Position numbers and translations under genes: made by a program | Notes under the pieces: model-generated | Told to the model about the DNA's origin: nothing | What the model saw: the letters and a program-made list of their open reading frames with translations, nothing else | Databases searched by the model: none | Source of the DNA: an uncultured Chromatiaceae bacterium | GTDB taxonomy: Bacteria; Pseudomonadota; Gammaproteobacteria; DRLM01 | NCBI GenBank assembly: GCA_945787555.1 | Contig: CALZJG010000137.1 | Coordinates: forward strand, 532 to 64,531 | Reading direction: 5' to 3' | DNA: 64,000 nt | Part shown: positions 41,786 to 49,832 of the stretch, in pieces | How the letters are laid out: the number at the start of each line of letters is the position of its first letter | Numbering within the stretch: position 1 is the stretch's first letter

Positions 41786-42187
41786 TGTCATTTCGACTGA
41801 AAGGAGAAATCCTATTCCCGATGACACAGTAACCACCGGCCGTTCGGGATACTCTCCGGGCGTTGAGATTTCTCCCTGCGGCCGAAATGACAAGCAGTGC
41901 GGTCGAAATCACAATCGCTGCGGTCTCAATGACACCGGTACGATCAAAATCACCAGCGGTGATCACGTGGACGTCCTCCTAAGGAAGCTCTGAATAATTT
42001 CCTGATGTGTCATTTCGACCGTGGCGAGAAATGACAATTAATTTGAGTCTCCGTCACTATGCGCACCTTCCCGGTAGCCGTCATTCCGGTTGTCTCACAT
42101 TGCGTACATTTCCAGTGACTGTCATTTCGATCGACTGACATTGCGCACATGTGCCGTGGTTGTCGTTTCGACTGAAAGGAGAAATCC
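41786..42187. repeat. Cluster of at least 7 copies or half-copies of the GTCATTTCGACCGCAGGGAGAAATC terminal-inverted-repeat (MITE-like) family in both orientations; the first unit (41786-41892) is a complete ~107-bp element
   Basis: Left arm gtcatttcgactgaaaggagaaatcc (41787-41812), and inverted right arm agatttctccctgcggccgaaatgaca (41866-41892). Further arms: tgcggtcgaaatcaca (41898-41913), tgcggtctcaatgaca (41919-41934), the palindromic tgtcatttcgaccgtggcgagaaatgaca (42008-42036), gtcatttcgatcgactgaca (42121-42140) and ttgtcgtttcgactgaaaggagaaatcc (42160-42187). Confidence 0.75.
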
Positions 42188-42246
42188 TATTCTCACTCAC
42201 AGCACACAGACCGGCATATATAATAATTGACATTCGTAATGTCACT

Positions 42247-43083
42247 TTAACTGTTTATTATTAAGGTATTAACATCGTACCCTAGCCTGGCCACAGCACG
42301 CTGCCCGCGGAATCGCGCCGGGCTGTCGATGGCCCTCAACCGGGCCAAGTCATCAACCCGGCTTTCCACGTCCTTGATGGCCTTCTTAAGAAAAGATCTG
42401 AGATCGCTTTTGATATGTGGCGCCACTTGCTTGATCGGGATGTTCTTGAGCACACAGAAGATGGCCAGGGCATAGGTGACTTCTACCTCATCCAGCGCGC
42501 CCTTGCGCTCCATGGCCGGATTGCTGCAACTGCCGCATCCCACGGCGACCTTGGGACGGGCCGTATTCGCAAACATGATGCCGAAACCCAGGTAAACGCC
42601 TAACAGCTCCATCATGTGCGGCCACTGTTCTTGATCGCAGGGCGCCGGGCTTTGCGCCAGCGCGCCCAGATGATAAGCCAGCGCATGAGCGTAGTTGGCG
42701 ACCATGACGTTGGGATTGCCCACCTGCTGGGGTTCATACAACAGCGTCAATGCGGCGCCGTTCCCCGCTTCCAGACCCTGCATGACCTGCTGCATATTGG
42801 CCAGGGACTCCGCTGGCTGGTCAAATACGCGATGATTGACGATGCGGCAAGGGATGTACGCCAGACCCGCATATTTCTTGACGTGGTCAAGTATCAGCTG
42901 AGCCATCTCCTCCACGCTGTCGCCGTTGCCGGGAAAGCAGCGGTTCGACGGTTCGACCAGGATGGTCTCGTCAAAGAACACATCACTGCCAAAGTTCTGC
43001 AAGGCCCAGGTATAGCCGTCGAACAACCAGGCCGTGGCTGCTTCCGGGAGTAAATCAGGTTTCTTGAAGAATTTATCCAGCAT
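42247..43083 (-). CDS. Hypothetical protein, no recognisable domain
   Basis: 278-aa ORF with plausible coding statistics and a GCGSC cysteine cluster. No family could be assigned from sequence alone. Confidence 0.45.
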   Translation of the reverse strand: MLDKFFKKPDLLPEAATAWLFDGYTWALQNFGSDVFFDETILVEPSNRCFPGNGDSVEEMAQLILDHVKKYAGLAYIPCRIVNHRVFDQPAESLANMQQVMQGLEAGNGAALTLLYEPQQVGNPNVMVANYAHALAYHLGALAQSPAPCDQEQWPHMMELLGVYLGFGIMFANTARPKVAVGCGSCSNPAMERKGALDEVEVTYALAIFCVLKNIPIKQVAPHIKSDLRSFLKKAIKDVESRVDDLARLRAIDSPARFRGQRAVARLGYDVNTLIINS

Positions 43084-43195
43084 AGGGGCACACTACCGTT
43101 GGGGACGTGCAACGTGCACGACTTGAGCCCGCTGCTCCCAGTTCATCGGCGTCCAATGAACAGGGCATTGTCCATCCTGACCACAATAAACCTCT

Positions 43196-43741
43196 TCACC
43201 ACATCAAATCATCCGGAATTTTATAATCCGCGTAGGGATCATCGCCCTCCTGCTCTGGCTCGAACTCATGATCAGACAGGATAATGCACTGCGCGTCGCG
43301 CTGCTTGATCTTCTTCGCCACCGGCATCGGCACCAGCTCGTAGCCCTCATTCAATTTGGCGATCGCCAGACGGCCGGACATGAGATGTTTGTGTACCGTC
43401 TCTGACACGTAGAGGCGCTTGACCACATTGGCGTCGGCAAAGTTGTAAACAATATCGCCATCACGGTCTTGCACCCGATTGGTCTCGATCAACTGCCTGA
43501 CCTGAGCCGCGATGGCCTTGCGCTGCACTTCTTCTTGCTTCTGCTGGTTGAGCTGACGGTCGCGCTCCAGCTTTTCTGTCTGAGCTTGTTGCGCCAGCCG
43601 CTGCGCCTCGCTCAGCGGCTCGGGCGCACCCCGCTTGGTCTTCTGCTTCTGACTTCTATATTGCTTGTTCTTCAGCTGCTGCGCCTGGTTTTTATCAACC
43701 AGGCCACTTTTCTTCAGCTGCTCTAACAGGGAATTGCCCAT
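43196..43741 (-). CDS. DUF2058 domain-containing protein
   Basis: The internal start MGNSLLEQLKKSGLVDKNQAQQ is the canonical DUF2058 N-terminus. A Lys/Gln-rich low-complexity centre and the conserved C-terminal block (DIVYNFADANVVKRLYVSETVHKHL..G.LAI) are present. Confidence 0.6.
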   Translation of the reverse strand: MGNSLLEQLKKSGLVDKNQAQQLKNKQYRSQKQKTKRGAPEPLSEAQRLAQQAQTEKLERDRQLNQQKQEEVQRKAIAAQVRQLIETNRVQDRDGDIVYNFADANVVKRLYVSETVHKHLMSGRLAIAKLNEGYELVPMPVAKKIKQRDAQCIILSDHEFEPEQEGDDPYADYKIPDDLMW

Positions 43742-43783
43742 GGGTGTGCTCCGGGTGCCATGAATGAAAGAAGCTCTGATCAA

Positions 43784-43920
43784 TTGTCATTTCAACCGCT
43801 TACTTTGTCATTTCGACCGCAGGGAGAAATCTTAAGATGCAGATATTGCGCACAGTCCAAAGGTGACAGATTTCTCGCAAGCTCCCTGACTGAACTCGGG
43901 ACAAGGCTCGAAACGACAGC
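43784..43920. repeat. MITE-like element copy: two tandem 21-bp half-TIR units, conserved core, degenerate right arm
   Basis: ttgtcatttcaaccgcttact + ttgtcatttcgaccgcagggagaaatctt (43784-43833), then the core aagatgcagatattgcgcacag, then gacagatttctc (43865-43876) and ctcgaaacgacagc (43907-43920) as the inverted remnant. Confidence 0.7.
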
Positions 43921-43934
43921 TAGTCAGAGTCGCC

Positions 43935-44411
43935 CTAACGCACGTCCAGCAATTCCACGTCGAACACGAGAGTCGCATTGGGCGGGATCACCCCGCCCGC
44001 ACCACGCGCCCCATAGCCCAGCTCCGGGGGAATGGTCAAAGTGCGCTGTCCGCCCACCTTCATGCCCGCCACTCCCTCGTCCCAGCCCTTGATCACCCGG
44101 CCCCCGCCGAGGGGAAAATCAAACGCCTCACCCCGATCACGCGAGCTATCGAACTGCTCCCCTTTATGATCCGGCGCCGCCTCATCGAACAGCCACCCGG
44201 TATAGTGCACGGAAACCCGCTGCCCCGCCGTCACTTCCGCGCCTTCGCCAACAACCACATCCGTCTTGATCAATTCTGTCACGCCGCTCTCCTCTCTGTT
44301 GGAATCCACTGAATCGGAACAGGCACTCACCGCAAGGAGCAGCGTTGCCAACGCCATTGCCCAGGGCACAAAAAGAACACCGCGCATTATTCGTTGTCGT
44401 TCAGGTTTCAT
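43935..44411 (-). CDS. FKBP-type peptidyl-prolyl cis-trans isomerase lipoprotein
   Basis: Lipobox LLLAVSAC, and the FKBP domain signature ([12 protein letters not shown]......[71 protein letters not shown]). Confidence 0.8.
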   Translation of the reverse strand: MKPERQRIMRGVLFVPWAMALATLLLAVSACSDSVDSNREESGVTELIKTDVVVGEGAEVTAGQRVSVHYTGWLFDEAAPDHKGEQFDSSRDRGEAFDFPLGGGRVIKGWDEGVAGMKVGGQRTLTIPPELGYGARGAGGVIPPNATLVFDVELLDVR

Positions 44412-44488
44412 GTGACACCTTATCATGCTGCGCCGCTTGCCCCATCAGGGACTGACCCCTGAAGGAGGTTCTGATTAATGGCATGATG

Positions 44489-44584
44489 TGTCATTTCGAC
44501 CGTCCCTTGGTCATTTCCGCCGTTCCCTTGGTCATTTCGACTGGAAGGAGAAATCTCAAGATGTCGATACTTCGCACGGACTGA
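44489..44584. repeat. MITE-like element copy: three tandem ~22-bp half-TIR units plus the conserved core
   Basis: tgtcatttcgaccgtcccttgg / tcatttccgccgttcccttgg / tcatttcgactggaaggagaaatctc, followed by aagatgtcgatacttcgcacggactga. The core aagATG.cGATA.TtCGCAC.G is conserved with the 43784 copy. The 3' end of the ORF at 44556-45068 lies inside this element. Confidence 0.7.
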
Positions 44585-45068
44585 AACAAGGCGCGACATG
44601 ACCATTAATCTGGACTTCCTTGAACTCATCCAGCCATCGATCCGCCCACCAATTAGCATTCGCCTCGGTATTCTTATGGCTGACCTGCCGCGTGTGGCTG
44701 AGAAAATGAAAACATTCATGCGCCAGGGTGTGCAGGGCGCATTCCTCCAGGTCCTCGAACACAAAGGTTTGCTCACCCGAATACCAACCCTGCTTGTGGC
44801 TATTGGATGGAATCCGCCCCCAATGCTGAAACACGATCGGCGGCGCCATCTCCACATTCACACTGGCCCGTATCCGGTAGCCTTTAAGCAATTCGTGTTT
44901 ATGTTGCCTGGAATAAACCGGGTAGGCGCAACAGCCATGCATCGCGTGATTCCTATTCAGGGGCAACAGCTTGATCCACTCCATGAGTGACACATCATAG
45001 CCGTCGAGCTTGTTCAATATAAAGCTCAGCACATGGGGCATGCCTACCTTGTCGATGACCTTAATCAA
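44556..45068 (-). CDS. Hypothetical protein with an HExxH motif (possible small SprT/DUF45-like zinc metallopeptidase fold)
   Basis: LAHECFHFLSHTRQV contains HExxH with a downstream His. The annotated start is TTG and the true start is uncertain (internal MPHVLSF possible). The stop codon is supplied by the repeat element. Confidence 0.4.
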   Translation of the reverse strand: MIKVIDKVGMPHVLSFILNKLDGYDVSLMEWIKLLPLNRNHAMHGCCAYPVYSRQHKHELLKGYRIRASVNVEMAPPIVFQHWGRIPSNSHKQGWYSGEQTFVFEDLEECALHTLAHECFHFLSHTRQVSHKNTEANANWWADRWLDEFKEVQINGHVAPCFSPCEVSTS

Positions 45069-45122
45069 TTTCTGCCCTTATACATTACCTGGAGCCAAAT
45101 CATTATAAATCGAGACTGACCC

Positions 45123-45158
45123 TGTTTTTGCTGTTTTTGCTGTTTTTGCTGTTTTTCG
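45123..45158. repeat. Perfect 9-bp tandem repeat (TGTTTTTGC) x3 plus TGTTTTTCG in the upstream region of the HExxH gene
   Basis: cctgtttttgctgtttttgctgtttttgctgtttttcgcc read directly from the sequence, ~55 bp upstream of the annotated start at 45068. Confidence 0.85.
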
Positions 45159-45565
45159 CCTTTGAGTACGTCTGTCTGCATTTACGACTCCGCATACATT
45201 TTCTTCAGCCACCGGTTGTCGTCCTCCCGTTCCTTAAGGCGCGCCATCAGCGATGACATGCTTACCCCAATTATTGGCCCGCTATTTGCGCAAGGTTGCT
45301 CTGCTCCTGCTGTGCTCTCGGCACAGCGCTGGTACCGACATGACGGCTTCGGTTTGTTTCAATATCGCCGGGGACTGACTGTCGCTGTAGCGTGATTTCT
45401 TCATACAAAATAGCCTGTTGCAGAATTATTAGAAGATTCTACTTTTGATTACAGCGGTGTTTCGGGGAGATGACCATCGCATGCCCGGTGTATGTGAGTA
45501 CTAAACTATACATATAAGCCTAGAGCTTGTATTGACGACCACGCGGCAACTGCTTAGGAGGTGAC

Positions 45566-45958
45566 ATGGACAACGTTGAAGCACTGCTAAAAACGGCGCT
45601 TGCAGAAGTCGAGCAGATGTTGAGCACCAAGACGGTGATTGGCGAGCCCGTCACAATTGAAGGCCATACCCTCATTCCATTAGTAAGCATCGGTTTTGGA
45701 TATGGTGCCGGGGGTGGCAGCGGCAAAGGTGACGATCCCATGAAGGGCGAAGGCGCGGGGGCAGGTACCGGCGGCGGTGGTGGCGTCAGACCGGTTGCAA
45801 TCATCATCATAAATAAGGACGGTGTGCGGGTAGAGTCCATCAAAGGTGGTGCGACCATCGCCTTTGAAAAGATCGGTGAAGCCATCGGCAAATGCATGGA
45901 AAGCCACACTCCGGGCAAAAGCGCAGAGAAGGGTGAAGGCAAACACGGGCCATGCTAG
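45566..45958 (+). CDS. GerW/YtfJ family protein (sporulation protein YtfJ-like, Gly-rich loop)
   Basis: VIGEPVTIEGHTLIPLVSIGFGYGAGGGSGKGD......GGGGGVRPVAIIIINKDGVRVESI matches the GerW/YtfJ pattern (vG.P..v.G.tiIPv.kvsFGfg.GGG......GGGGG...PvA.ivi..g.v....i). Confidence 0.6.
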   Translation: MDNVEALLKTALAEVEQMLSTKTVIGEPVTIEGHTLIPLVSIGFGYGAGGGSGKGDDPMKGEGAGAGTGGGGGVRPVAIIIINKDGVRVESIKGGATIAFEKIGEAIGKCMESHTPGKSAEKGEGKHGPC

Positions 45959-46548
45959 TTGTTTTACTCGGACTAGTTCTCGGCATCCTAATCCTTCTGG
46001 CGATGCCATTCGATGTGACCTTTCGTCTAACCAAGGATGACGGCGTCCGACTGCGCTTATCTATTGCCTGGGCGTTTGGCCTCCTGTCTAAGGAATTGGG
46101 CAAGACCACCGACAAGCAAGTTGCGGAGAAACCAAAAACCAAAAAAAGACGCCGTAAGCAAGCGCGAGCTGGCAAGGCTAAAGCCAAAGCGGCGATGGCC
46201 TTCATGCGCAGCCCAGGCATGCCCGCACGCTTACTAGGACTGGCGCGGAATATGTGGCGGCAATTACATGTTCGCCAGCTAAACCTGCACCTTACATTCG
46301 GACTGGATGACCCCGCCGATACTGGGCAACTATTCGGTGCACTGGCACCGGCCCTGATTCACACCGATCGATTGTCCAGACTTGATTGCCAGGTACGTCC
46401 GGATTTTTCACAGCCGATTCTGCTGGTAAACGGTGGTGGCCAGCTCCGGGTGATTCCCTTGACTATCATTGGCGTCATGATCGCCTTTTTTCTGTCACCT
46501 GCCTGCTGGCGGGCCTTTACCGCTGCCGCCAAGGCCAACCAATCATAG
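45952..46548 (+). CDS. DUF2953-like membrane protein (usual partner of GerW/YtfJ)
   Basis: N-terminal TM helix (MLVVLLGLVLGILILLAMPF). The layout, with a Lys/Arg-rich linker and a second C-terminal hydrophobic segment, is as in DUF2953 proteins, which are normally encoded beside ytfJ. It overlaps the GerW-like gene by 7 bp. Confidence 0.5.
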   Translation: MLVVLLGLVLGILILLAMPFDVTFRLTKDDGVRLRLSIAWAFGLLSKELGKTTDKQVAEKPKTKKRRRKQARAGKAKAKAAMAFMRSPGMPARLLGLARNMWRQLHVRQLNLHLTFGLDDPADTGQLFGALAPALIHTDRLSRLDCQVRPDFSQPILLVNGGGQLRVIPLTIIGVMIAFFLSPACWRAFTAAAKANQS

Positions 46549-46836
46549 AATCGATCGAGTCTGCCCGTATAGATTTCACTGATCTACTCAACAATAACGC
46601 ATCAAATGCGAGCTCGTATTGTCGGCGTCACATACTCTGAAGCCTTGCTTTCAGCCCCTAATGCCCTTACCCGCGATTTCACTCCTCCAGGTCGAATCGG
46701 CTGTGTGTTTGCGCGCAGCTCGTTGATGACGATGGCACCAGCGAGCAGTGGGCCTTGCCACTGTCTATGTCGGCGGCGCGAACTCCCGGCTTACCCTGCC
46801 CTCCGCCCGGGCTACATTTCCCCCTTCCCCGTCCTG

Positions 46837-46886
46837 TTGACATACCCGGATACTGTACATAAGATCAGTACTGTATATTTAATCAG
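46837..46886 (+). promoter_or_regulatory. SOS-type promoter of the imuA-imuB-dnaE2 cassette: sigma70 -35/-10 with two tandem LexA-box-like palindromes CTGT-N8-TCAG
   Basis: ttgaca (46837-46842), then 17 nt, then taagat (46860-46865). Box 1 is CTGTACATAAGATCAG (46853-46868), overlapping the -10. Box 2 is CTGTATATTTAATCAG (46871-46886). Both resemble the beta/gamma-proteobacterial LexA consensus TACTGT-N8-ACAGTA with one 3' half-site mismatch. imuA starts at 46943. Confidence 0.55.
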
Positions 46887-46942
46887 CCATCGGTGGGTAG
46901 CGTGCGCCAGAGCCAATAGCAGAGCCAACAGGGACAACCATT

Positions 46943-47593
46943 ATGAACACCGCCTTCGAATCCTTGCTCAATCATCCGCAGATTTGGCGCGGCCGGCGCC
47001 CGAGTTGGACGGATGCGGAGTCCATCGCCAGCGGCTATGCCGAGCTCGATGCGCAACTTCCCGGCGGCGGCTGGCCGCGCGGGACGCTCAGCGAAATCCT
47101 GCTGCCCCGGCCCGGCATCGGCGAGCTGCGTTTGCTGCTGCCCGCGCTGGCGCGTTTGCATGACGAAAAGAAATGGATCGCCTTGATCGCCCCGCCCTAT
47201 ATCCCTTATGCGCCGGCCTGGCAGGCCAGCGGTCTCGATCTCTCCCGTTTGCTATGGGTGCGCCCACGCGATGCCGCCGATCAGTTGTGGGCGGTCGAGC
47301 AGGCGTTGCGGGCCGGCACTTGCGGGGCGGTGCTTGCCTGGCCGGGCAGTACGCCCAGTTTCCAACAACTGCGCCGTCTGCAACTGGCCGCGGAGAGCGG
47401 CCGCAGTTGGGGGGTGTTGTTTCGCCCGCCCGCCAGCGCGGCGCAGCCGACGCCCGCATCGGTGCGCCTGCACATACAGGCCCACTCCCGCACGCTCGCC
47501 GTCCATCTGCTGAAACGCCGCGGTGCCTGGGCCGGCGAGCCGGTGCAGATCACGCTGCCCTTCCCCGCCGCACCAAGCGTCGTGCCCAGTTAA
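46943..47593 (+). CDS. imuA: ImuA, SOS-response translesion-synthesis-associated protein (RecA/SulA-like fold)
   Basis: 216 aa, first gene of a three-gene cassette whose second and third genes are clearly imuB and dnaE2. The conserved ImuA blocks W.G...S.G...LP.GG...G.L.E........GE..LLLPALA and the C-terminal ...RL.L...R.G are present. Confidence 0.7.
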   Translation: MNTAFESLLNHPQIWRGRRPSWTDAESIASGYAELDAQLPGGGWPRGTLSEILLPRPGIGELRLLLPALARLHDEKKWIALIAPPYIPYAPAWQASGLDLSRLLWVRPRDAADQLWAVEQALRAGTCGAVLAWPGSTPSFQQLRRLQLAAESGRSWGVLFRPPASAAQPTPASVRLHIQAHSRTLAVHLLKRRGAWAGEPVQITLPFPAAPSVVPS

Positions 47594-47617
47594 TCAATTT
47601 TATGAGCATGCGCTGTC

Positions 47618-49054
47618 ATGTTGTGGCTGTGTCTGTATTTTCCGCAATTGCCCTTGGAGATTTTTTCGCGCGTGGAAGCCACTGCCTCCCCCTGGATCAT
47701 CACCGAGGGTAAAGGCGCACGCCAAACCATCTTCCTGTGCAACGCGCTCGCCGCCTCGCTCGGCATTCGGCCCGGCATGTCGCCCGGGGCGGCTTATGCT
47801 TTGACCGCTACCCTGCGGGTACGCGCGCGCGATGCCGCCGCCGAGCGACAGGCGTTGGCGGCGCTCGCCGCTTGGGCGGGGCAGTTCACGTCGCTGGTCA
47901 GTCTGTCGCCGCCGCAGGCCCTGCTGCTGGAGATCGCCGGCAGTCTGGATTACTTCGGCGGCATCGACGCCTTGCTGCGGCGAGTGCGTCGCCGCGCCGC
48001 CCGGCTCGGTTATGTCGTTGAGTGGGCCGTGGCGCCCACGCCCTTGAGCGCCGAGGTGTTCGCGCGGGTGCCGCTCGCCGCGCCGGTGCTGCACGCGCAA
48101 GATCTCGCCGCCGCGCTGCGTGATGTGCCGCTGCCCCTGCTCGGCTTGGAGGACAAGCTGTTGCACGCGTTGCACGGCATCGGCACGCGTCATGTCGGCG
48201 ATGTGCTGCGCCTGCCGCGCGCCGATCTGGCGCGGCGTTGCGGTCCCGCCTTGATTGAATATCTCGATCGGCTGCTGGGACGGCGCAGCGATCCCCGCGC
48301 GCCCTATGTGCCGCCGCCGCGTTTCGAGCGCCAGCTCCCCTTACCTAGCGAGACGACAGACAGCGAGGCCTTGTTGTTTCCCGCGCGACGTTTGCTGCAG
48401 GAATTAGCCGGCTTTCTGATCGCCCGGCAGGCCGGCACCCAACAGTTGCAGTGGACACTGGCGCATCATCACCAGCCCGCGACGCTGATCTTGCAGGGTC
48501 TCGCCGCGCCCAACCGCGACCCGCCGCATTTGCTCAAACTATTGCGTGAGCGTTTGGCCCGCAGTTCGATCGAACATCCCGTTGAGGGCATCGCCTTACG
48601 GGTGACGGAGTTGCAGCCGCTGCGGCCGCACGCCCTAACGCTGGACGGCGAACGGGAAGCGCCCGCGCAAGACTGGCCGCAGCTAGTCGAAACCTTGCGC
48701 GCCCGCCTCGGCGATGAGGCGGTGCAGGGTCTGCAATGTCGCGACGACCACCGCCCGGAACAGGCCTGGCAAGCCAGCCCGCTAGGCAGCCGCGGCCCCG
48801 CGCTCTCCCACCTCGGCCGACCGTTGTGGTTGTTGCCCGAGCCCGTGAGTTTGCGCCATCGCGACGGCGCGCCTTACCTGGATGCGCCTTTGCATATCGA
48901 AGTCGGTCCGGAACGGCTGGAAAGCGGCTGGTGGGACGGTGGCGACATCACCCGCGATTATTTCATCGCCCGCGATGAGCGGCACAGCCGCTACTGGATT
49001 TTTCGCGAGCGGCGCGGTGAGCGGAGGTGGTTTCTCCATGGCTATTTCGCCTGA
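47618..49054 (+). CDS. imuB: ImuB, Y-family DNA polymerase-like protein without catalytic residues
   Basis: N-terminus MLWLCLYFPQLPLEIF is the signature ImuB start (MLWLaLhFP.LpLEvf). A UmuC-like palm/fingers region and a long C-terminal extension follow. It lies 25 bp after imuA. Confidence 0.8.
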   Translation: MLWLCLYFPQLPLEIFSRVEATASPWIITEGKGARQTIFLCNALAASLGIRPGMSPGAAYALTATLRVRARDAAAERQALAALAAWAGQFTSLVSLSPPQALLLEIAGSLDYFGGIDALLRRVRRRAARLGYVVEWAVAPTPLSAEVFARVPLAAPVLHAQDLAAALRDVPLPLLGLEDKLLHALHGIGTRHVGDVLRLPRADLARRCGPALIEYLDRLLGRRSDPRAPYVPPPRFERQLPLPSETTDSEALLFPARRLLQELAGFLIARQAGTQQLQWTLAHHHQPATLILQGLAAPNRDPPHLLKLLRERLARSSIEHPVEGIALRVTELQPLRPHALTLDGEREAPAQDWPQLVETLRARLGDEAVQGLQCRDDHRPEQAWQASPLGSRGPALSHLGRPLWLLPEPVSLRHRDGAPYLDAPLHIEVGPERLESGWWDGGDITRDYFIARDERHSRYWIFRERRGERRWFLHGYFA

Positions 49055-49115
49055 GGAGGTTTTGATTGATTGCACAGGCATGAACCTTACAGCGTAGGAC
49101 TGCCACGCAGGAGCT

Positions 49116-49173
49116 GTCATCTTGTCATCTCGACCGTAGCCGGTTTGTCATCTCGACCGCAGGGAGAGATCTT
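49116..49173. repeat. Left-end repeat block of the GIY-YIG element: tgtcatc plus two tandem ~23-bp half-TIR units ending cagggagagatctt
   Basis: ctgtcatcttgtcatctcgaccgtagc cggtttgtcatctcgaccgcagggagagatctt, ~35 bp upstream of the GIY-YIG start codon. Confidence 0.7.
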
Positions 49174-49208
49174 GTATTAAGGTGAAGCTTAATTCTGGAG
49201 AGATTGCC

Positions 49209-49532
49209 ATGCCCAAGGAGCAGCAATATTTCGTCTATCTCCTCACCAACTGGAACAACAAAGTCATGTACGTCGGCATGACCAACAACCTCGTTCGCCG
49301 CGTATACGAACACAAGAGCGAGGCGGTCAAAGGTTTTACGGAAAAGTACAAGGAACACAAGCTCGTGTACTTCGAGGAAACCTCAGACGTGCACGCTGCC
49401 ATCGCGCGCGAGAAGGAAATCAAACGCTGGCGACGGGAGAAGAAGAATGCGCTGGTCTTTCAAGGAAACCCCACATGGCGTGATCTCAGTGCAGACCTGG
49501 GCCTTCCATATCGTCATTTCGACCGGAGGTAG
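49209..49532 (+). CDS. Small stand-alone GIY-YIG nuclease family protein (COG2827/UPF0213-like)
   Basis: MPKEQQYFVYLLTNWNNKVMYVGMTNNLVRRVYEHKSEAVKGFTEKYKEHKLVYFEETSDVHAAIAREKEIKRWRREKK has the GIY...YVG motif, the R-x3-EH motif and the conserved K/E of GIY-YIG. A Shine-Dalgarno-like ggagag sits 8 nt upstream of the ATG (track ORF starts earlier at GTG 49182). The last 7 codons and the stop lie inside a repeat unit. Confidence 0.8.
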   Translation: MPKEQQYFVYLLTNWNNKVMYVGMTNNLVRRVYEHKSEAVKGFTEKYKEHKLVYFEETSDVHAAIAREKEIKRWRREKKNALVFQGNPTWRDLSADLGLPYRHFDRR

Positions 49533-49669
49533 TTTGTTATATCGACCGCAGCCGGTTTGTCATCTCGACCGCAGGAAGTTTGTCATCTCGACCGCAGGGA
49601 GAAATCTTAACGCCCCAGCATGTTCGAAACGCACGAAGTTCATCATGCAAATCCGCGCCAGATTTCTCC
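49511..49669. repeat. Right-side repeat block of the GIY-YIG element: four tandem ~23-bp half-TIR units, core, and partial inverted arm
   Basis: tcgtcatttcgaccggaggtag / tttgttatatcgaccgcagccgg / tttgtcatctcgaccgcaggaag / tttgtcatctcgaccgcagggagaaatctt (49511-49608), and the inverted remnant agatttctcc at 49660-49669. Confidence 0.75.
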
Positions 49670-49832
49670 TTTCACCCCCACCCTCCCCTTGTGAGGGGGG
49701 AGGAAAGATGTGGCACTCCACATGACCATCATTCAGCACTTGCCTGACTCGGGCTCTGATCCGGGGCCTGACCTCCAACTTAATTTATGCCAGTTTTCCA
49801 AGAGGCCATCGAGGACGATACGGCACTAGCAC

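Noticed and set aside
41786-42187. Possible CRISPR array, because of the many closely spaced similar short repeats
   Set aside because: Copies occur in both orientations, their spacing is irregular (0 to ~90 bp), there are no unique spacers of uniform length, and no cas genes are nearby. The units instead form terminal inverted repeats around a conserved core, so this is a MITE cluster.
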